NCBI GenBank assembly: GCA_963816145.1
Contig: CAWFJP010000029.1
Coordinates: 160,001 to 224,000 of the forward strand
Source of the DNA: an uncultured delta proteobacterium
GTDB taxonomy: Bacteria; Desulfobacterota; Binatia; UBA9968
DNA: 64,000 nucleotides
Direction of reading: 5' to 3'
The notes beneath the pieces are model-generated. The model did not search any database and had not been told where the DNA came from. It saw only the letters and a program-made list of their open reading frames with translations. Of this stretch, positions 59,673-64,000 are shown piece after piece; the first letter of the stretch is position 1, and every line of letters begins with the position of its first letter. A program made the translations under genes and the position numbers.

Positions 59673-60716
59673 ATGAAAGCTCTCGGTCTGGCTATGGCGA
59701 TCCTGCTGACGGCGGTTTCGCTTGGCTGGGGACAAACGAAAAAACCTCGAACCTTGGACGAACTCGCCGCCTACACCGGCCCGGACCGTCATCAAATTCT
59801 TCTCGACGGCGCCAAGGCGGAAGGCAAGATCGTCTGGTACACATCGCTGTCGGGCGTGTATCGCGAGTTGGTCGATGCGTTCAAGCGAAAATATCCCGAC
59901 ATAGCGATCGACGTCTACCGCGGCGGCAGCAACGATCTAACGCCGAGAATCATCAACGAAGCCCAAGCCGGCCGCCCGGTGGCGGACGCTCTTGAAAGCA
60001 CGCCGGGGTTGCTCATGGCATTGCGCGATCGCGGCCTGCTCAAGCCCTATGTTTCACCCGAACTGGCGAAGTATCCCGATGAGGCGAAAGGTAGAGCCGA
60101 CGGCGCGCGCGTCTACTGGGTCACCGACCGCGAGGCTTACTTAGGTTTCGGCTACAACACCAGGATGATCGCGCCGGCGGAGGTTCCGAAAAGTTTCCAA
60201 GATCTCTTAAAGCCCGAACTCAAAGGCAAGCTCGCCGTGACCACCGAGAGCTCGACCAGCCGGGTCATCGGCTCCATGATCAAGGTGAAAGGCGAGGAAT
60301 TCGTCAAGCGGCTTCAAGCTCAGGAAATTCGGCTATTCAAAGCATCGAGCGCTGGTTTTCTTGACCTGATCGCCGCCGGCGAGGTGGCCGGATCGTTCGT
60401 GGTTTTTCGCAACCAAGTGGCGGTCATGAAGGAGCGGCGCGCGCCGGTGGAGTGGGTGGCGCTCGACGTTGCGCCGGCTAATGCCGGCGGCTCCGCCGTC
60501 GTCGCCAACGCGCCCCATCCCCACGCGGCGCTTTTGTTCACCGATTTCGTCATCGGCGCCGACGGGCAAAAACTGATGGAGCAGTTTCGTTATGGCGTGG
60601 CGTGGAAGGATTATCCGTTCAAACGCGAATACATTGAACGTGGTATGACCAGTGCGGAGTACGAGAAAGCTGAAGATCGCTGGGCGCAGTTGACGAGAGC
60701 TATTACGAAAAGATGA
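59673..60716 (+). CDS. Extracellular solute-binding protein (Fe/thiamine-type ABC)
   Basis: Signal peptide; GAKAEGKIVWYTSL, FGYNT, LKGKL, APHPHAALLF. Confidence 0.9.
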   Translation: MKALGLAMAILLTAVSLGWGQTKKPRTLDELAAYTGPDRHQILLDGAKAEGKIVWYTSLSGVYRELVDAFKRKYPDIAIDVYRGGSNDLTPRIINEAQAGRPVADALESTPGLLMALRDRGLLKPYVSPELAKYPDEAKGRADGARVYWVTDREAYLGFGYNTRMIAPAEVPKSFQDLLKPELKGKLAVTTESSTSRVIGSMIKVKGEEFVKRLQAQEIRLFKASSAGFLDLIAAGEVAGSFVVFRNQVAVMKERRAPVEWVALDVAPANAGGSAVVANAPHPHAALLFTDFVIGADGQKLMEQFRYGVAWKDYPFKREYIERGMTSAEYEKAEDRWAQLTRAITKR

Positions 60717-60739
60717 TGGAACGCGTTCAAGCCGTTCAA

Positions 60740-60790
60740 TCCCCCTCCTTAATCCTCCCCCGCGATGCGGGGGAGGAAAGAGGTGGGGGT
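60740..60790. repeat. CCCCC/GGGGG hairpin repeat between convergent genes
   Basis: ccccctccttaatcctcccccgcgatgcgggggaggaaagaggtggggg. Confidence 0.65.
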
Positions 60791-60809
60791 ATTGCTGTTG
60801 CCTGATGCC

Positions 60810-61694
60810 TTACGCTTTTTTCTTTGCTCTCGGCCCGAACGGCTCCGGTTGAAACGGGCCGTCGCGTTCTTGCAGGAAAGCGGCCAGGCCGCCTTTTTTC
60901 TTGGCGTCGTCCAGTCGTTTGTTGAATTCCTCGCGCTTGGTCAAACGCGCCATGGCGGCAAGTTCCGAGTTCAACGTCCAGGCTTTGCGCAGACCCATCA
61001 TCTCCAAACCCACCGTGGAGATTTGTAAATTGATCTTGACCGTTTCCGGCGAAATATGAGCAACGCGGTCGACGAAGTGAAAGCAGGTCTCGAGCAGCTG
61101 ATCCCTGGGCACCACTTCGTTGACCAAGCCTATGCGCAAGGCCTCTTGGGCGTCGACGTGATCGCCGGTGAGCGAGTAGCGCAGCGCGTTTTTGAAGCCG
61201 GCGAGCGCCACCCAGATGAAATCGGTGTTGGCGCCGTGGCGCACCTGCGGCTGGCCGAACACGGCGTCGTCGGCGGCGATGGTGATGTGGCAGGTGAGGG
61301 CGAGCCACGACGCCGCGCCGAAACACCAGCCACTGACCGCGCCGATGATCGGCTTGGGGTACTGCCAGCGATAGAGCTGACGGCCCAAGATATCTTTGCG
61401 GTCGGCGTCGCGGAATTTATTGTAGGCCGCGTTGAGCGAGGTGTTCTTCGGGATGCCGTATGGCCACTCGGTTTCCGGTTCGTCGCCGCTGATGTCTTCG
61501 CCGACCGAGAATGCGCCGCCCGCGCCGGTGAGGATCACCGCGCGAATTTCCGCGTCGTGTTCGGCTTCCGCCAGCGCCGCATCGAGTTCGTTCATCATGT
61601 CCTGGTTCATCGCATTGAGCGCATTGGGCCGGTTGAGCGTGATGAGCACGGCGTTGCGCTGCTTCTGATAAAGAATCGTTTGGTAGTCTGCCAT
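60810..61694 (-). CDS. Enoyl-CoA hydratase/isomerase family protein
   Basis: ITLNRP, AFSVGED, PKPIIGAV.G, LTGD.VDAQEALRIGLV. Confidence 0.9.
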   Translation of the reverse strand: MADYQTILYQKQRNAVLITLNRPNALNAMNQDMMNELDAALAEAEHDAEIRAVILTGAGGAFSVGEDISGDEPETEWPYGIPKNTSLNAAYNKFRDADRKDILGRQLYRWQYPKPIIGAVSGWCFGAASWLALTCHITIAADDAVFGQPQVRHGANTDFIWVALAGFKNALRYSLTGDHVDAQEALRIGLVNEVVPRDQLLETCFHFVDRVAHISPETVKINLQISTVGLEMMGLRKAWTLNSELAAMARLTKREEFNKRLDDAKKKGGLAAFLQERDGPFQPEPFGPRAKKKA

Positions 61695-61725
61695 GGGTTC
61701 CTCTCTGTCTAAATATCGTTGAGTT

Positions 61726-61800
61726 AAGGATGAAGGATGAGGGCGGAAGGATGACGATTGATTCATCCGCGCTTATTTCATCCCTCATCCATCATCCTTC
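61726..61800. repeat. Tandem-inverted repeat, GGATGA(A/G) units
   Basis: aaggatgaaggatgagggcggaaggatga ... ttcatccctcatccatcatccttc. Confidence 0.7.
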
Positions 61801-62676
61801 CGCCTTCTTCTTCGATCGCGGCCCAAACGGCTCGGGCTGAAACGGTCCGTCGCGCATTTGCAGATAATCGCGAATCCCTTTGTTGGCCCGGGCGTCGTCG
61901 AGCGGTTTGCGCAACTCCTCGCGCAACATCACATGGGCCGGCGCGGACAATTGACTGTCCAAAGTCAAAGCATCGCGCAAGCCCATCATGTCGAGCCCCA
62001 TGGTGGCGATTTGCAGATTGATCTTGACAGTCTCCGGCGGCACATGGGCGATGCGTTCGACGATCTTGAAACATTCGTCGATGAGCCGATCGGCCGGCAC
62101 GACTTTGACCACCAGACCGATGCGCAGCGCTTCCTGGGCGTCGATGTGGTCGCCGGTGAGGCCGTAGCGCAGGGCGTTCTTGTAGCCGCCGAGGAGCGTC
62201 CACATGAAGCTCGTGTTCGAGCCGTGGCGCACTTCGGGCTGGGCGAAGACAGCGGTCTCCGCCGCCAAAGTGATGTGGGTGAAGAGCGACAGCCAGGAGC
62301 CCGCGCCCATGGCCCAGCCGTTGATCGCGCCGATGATCGGCTTGCCGAACTCCCACATGCGGCGGAAGTTGCGCGGATCGACGCGCCAAGAGTCAATGAC
62401 TGCGGCGGCGGTCTCGCCGGTGACGATGCCGTAGGGCCAATGCAGGTCGCGGCGCCGTCCCGAGGCGTTGCCTTGGTCCATACCGGCGGAAAAGGCGCGG
62501 CCGGCGCCGGTCAGCACGACGGCACGCACTTCGGGATCCTGCTCGACATCGTCGAGGGCCTGATGAATTTCTTTGATCATGCTGCGGCTGATCGCGTTCA
62601 ACGCGTCCGGACGATTGAGCGTGATCAACACGCCGCCGCGTTGTTTCTCGTATAAGATTTCTTTGTAGTCGGGCAT
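61792..62676 (-). CDS. Enoyl-CoA hydratase/isomerase family protein (tandem paralog)
   Basis: ITLNRP, AFSAGMD, KPIIGAING, QPEVRHG. Confidence 0.9.
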   Translation of the reverse strand: MPDYKEILYEKQRGGVLITLNRPDALNAISRSMIKEIHQALDDVEQDPEVRAVVLTGAGRAFSAGMDQGNASGRRRDLHWPYGIVTGETAAAVIDSWRVDPRNFRRMWEFGKPIIGAINGWAMGAGSWLSLFTHITLAAETAVFAQPEVRHGSNTSFMWTLLGGYKNALRYGLTGDHIDAQEALRIGLVVKVVPADRLIDECFKIVERIAHVPPETVKINLQIATMGLDMMGLRDALTLDSQLSAPAHVMLREELRKPLDDARANKGIRDYLQMRDGPFQPEPFGPRSKKKAEG

Positions 62677-62696
62677 CTAAACTCCTTCGTCGTTTC

Positions 62697-62789
62697 GGTT
62701 CCAACTGTTTCACGAGGTTCCAATCGTTCCAATGGTTAACTCCGGAGCCCAACGACTGGAACCACTGGAACCTTTGGAACGGCTGGAAC
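62697..62789. repeat. Tandem-inverted repeat, TGGAAC units (9-nt period)
   Basis: ggttccaatcgttccaat ... ctggaaccactggaacctttggaacggctggaac. Confidence 0.75.
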
Positions 62790-63782
62790 TATCTTTTAGT
62801 CTTCCGTTCTTCCTCCAACTGTTTTAGGAAAGATAAATCCATCACATCGGCGCCGTTGATGTTCATCGTCGCCAGAGTGCGGTCGCTGGCGATCATGTTC
62901 TCCATCGCTTTCAACGTGACGATGGGCAGGCCGGGCGTTACCTGAGTATAGACCCGGCGGGTTTCATCGAGCTCCTCGACATTGTTCGACTTGTAAAATT
63001 CACCGAGATATTTGATCACCGCGTCTTTGTTTCTCTCATCGCGGTAAAAGTCCATGCCGTCGGCCAAGCCGCGCATGAAATTCATCACGGTCTCACGGTC
63101 GCTTTTGATAAACGAGCGCAGCGTCACCGGGCCGGCGACGACATATTCATAATCGCTCTTGGAAAAATCGACCCAGATCGGCAGCCCCATCTTGCGCGCG
63201 CGCAAAGTCACCGGTGGCTGGAATACCGACGCGTCGACATGGCCGCCGGCTAGCGCGGCCCAGCGCTCGCCTTGGGCGCCGATGCCAAGGATTGTCACTT
63301 CTTTGTCGCTGATACCCAACTGCTTCAAGGCGACCCGGGCGATGAAATCGGTGCTCGCCCCCAGCTGGCTGATGGCGATGCGTTTGCCTTTCAAGTCGCT
63401 GGGCTTCTTGATGTTGGGGTTGCTGACGAAGACATAATCGAGCTTATTGCCGGTGGCGCCCAACACGACCAAGTCTTTGGCGCCTTGGGCCCAAGCCAAG
63501 ATGACCCCGGCGCTGCCCTGTTGCAGTATCGTAACATCGCGCGAGATCAGCGCTTGCACGGCTTCGCGGCCGCCGCGCATGAAAGATCGGCAAGACCTTG
63601 AGACCGTGCTTCTCGAACGACCCCGAGCGCTGCGCCACCCAGAAGAAGCCGGTGGAACCGCCGAGGGCATAGGGGACGCGAATCTCTTTGAGCGGTTTGG
63701 CTTGGGCGGGTAAATTATTCGGACGAAGGACAACTGCGCCGATGAATATAAAGAATAATGAGGCAATGAGTTTCAATTTCAC
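62789..63782 (-). CDS. ABC transporter substrate-binding protein (NMT1/SsuA-like), frameshift at ~63582
   Basis: Signal and N-part in the 63444-63782 ORF join the 62789 ORF if one T is removed (IF-MRGG). Confidence 0.8.
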
Positions 63783-63801
63783 TCCGCTCCTGATCTTTGC
63801 C

Positions 63802-63885
63802 AGTCATACCGGCGCAAGCCGGTATCCATCTTGTTTTCTGGTTTGCCGGCAAGAACCCTGGATTCCGGCTTTCGCCGGAATGACG
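63802..63885. repeat. CGTC-type REP doublet
   Basis: gtcataccggcgcaagccggtatcca ... tggattccggctttcgccggaatgacg. Confidence 0.85.
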
Positions 63886-63918
63886 ACTGTGTGGCAGCCC
63901 GTGATGGGGAGTTCCATT

Positions 63919-64000
63919 TCCCCCTTTGGAAAAGGGGGATCGAGGGGGATTTTTCTGTGCGAGATTTCAAAATCCCCCCTGGCCCCACTTTTTCAAAGGG
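63919..64000. repeat. CCCCCTTT/AAAGGGGG hairpin doublet, cut by the window edge
   Basis: tcccccttt-gga-aaagggggatcgagggggattt ... aaatccccc. Confidence 0.65.

Overview
A GC-rich bacterial chromosomal window. Gene content and repeat style suggest a Candidatus Binatia/deltaproteobacterial lineage (inference only). It carries about 60 CDSs, mostly catabolic: 9 solute-binding proteins with no permease or ATPase gene, 3 amidohydrolases, 2 VOC proteins, 2 DUF1989 proteins, cupins, 3 c-type cytochromes, a prpC-prpD-prpB-like cluster divergent from an AcuI-like reductase and a fused family III CoA-transferase, and an adenylate cyclase/LysM cluster. No rRNA, tRNA, CRISPR array, integrase or transposase is visible. 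The most unusual features are non-genic. (1) Nested 'Russian-doll' repeats: a ~200-bp element without terminal IRs occurs twice, each time inserted at an AG dinucleotide inside a CACGAA-type tandem-inverted repeat and carrying a REP doublet, and a separate 132-bp MITE sits in the loop of another hairpin repeat. (2) A ~6-kb accessory island between two convergent genes contains decayed, mostly synonymously diverged copies of the 3' ends of both flanking genes. (3) An unannotated 34-aa membrane protein has an RBS that can be sequestered by an anti-SD directly after an upstream signal-peptide leader ORF. (4) attC-like sites lie next to a BrnT/BrnA module. Several single-base frameshifts are probably sequencing errors.
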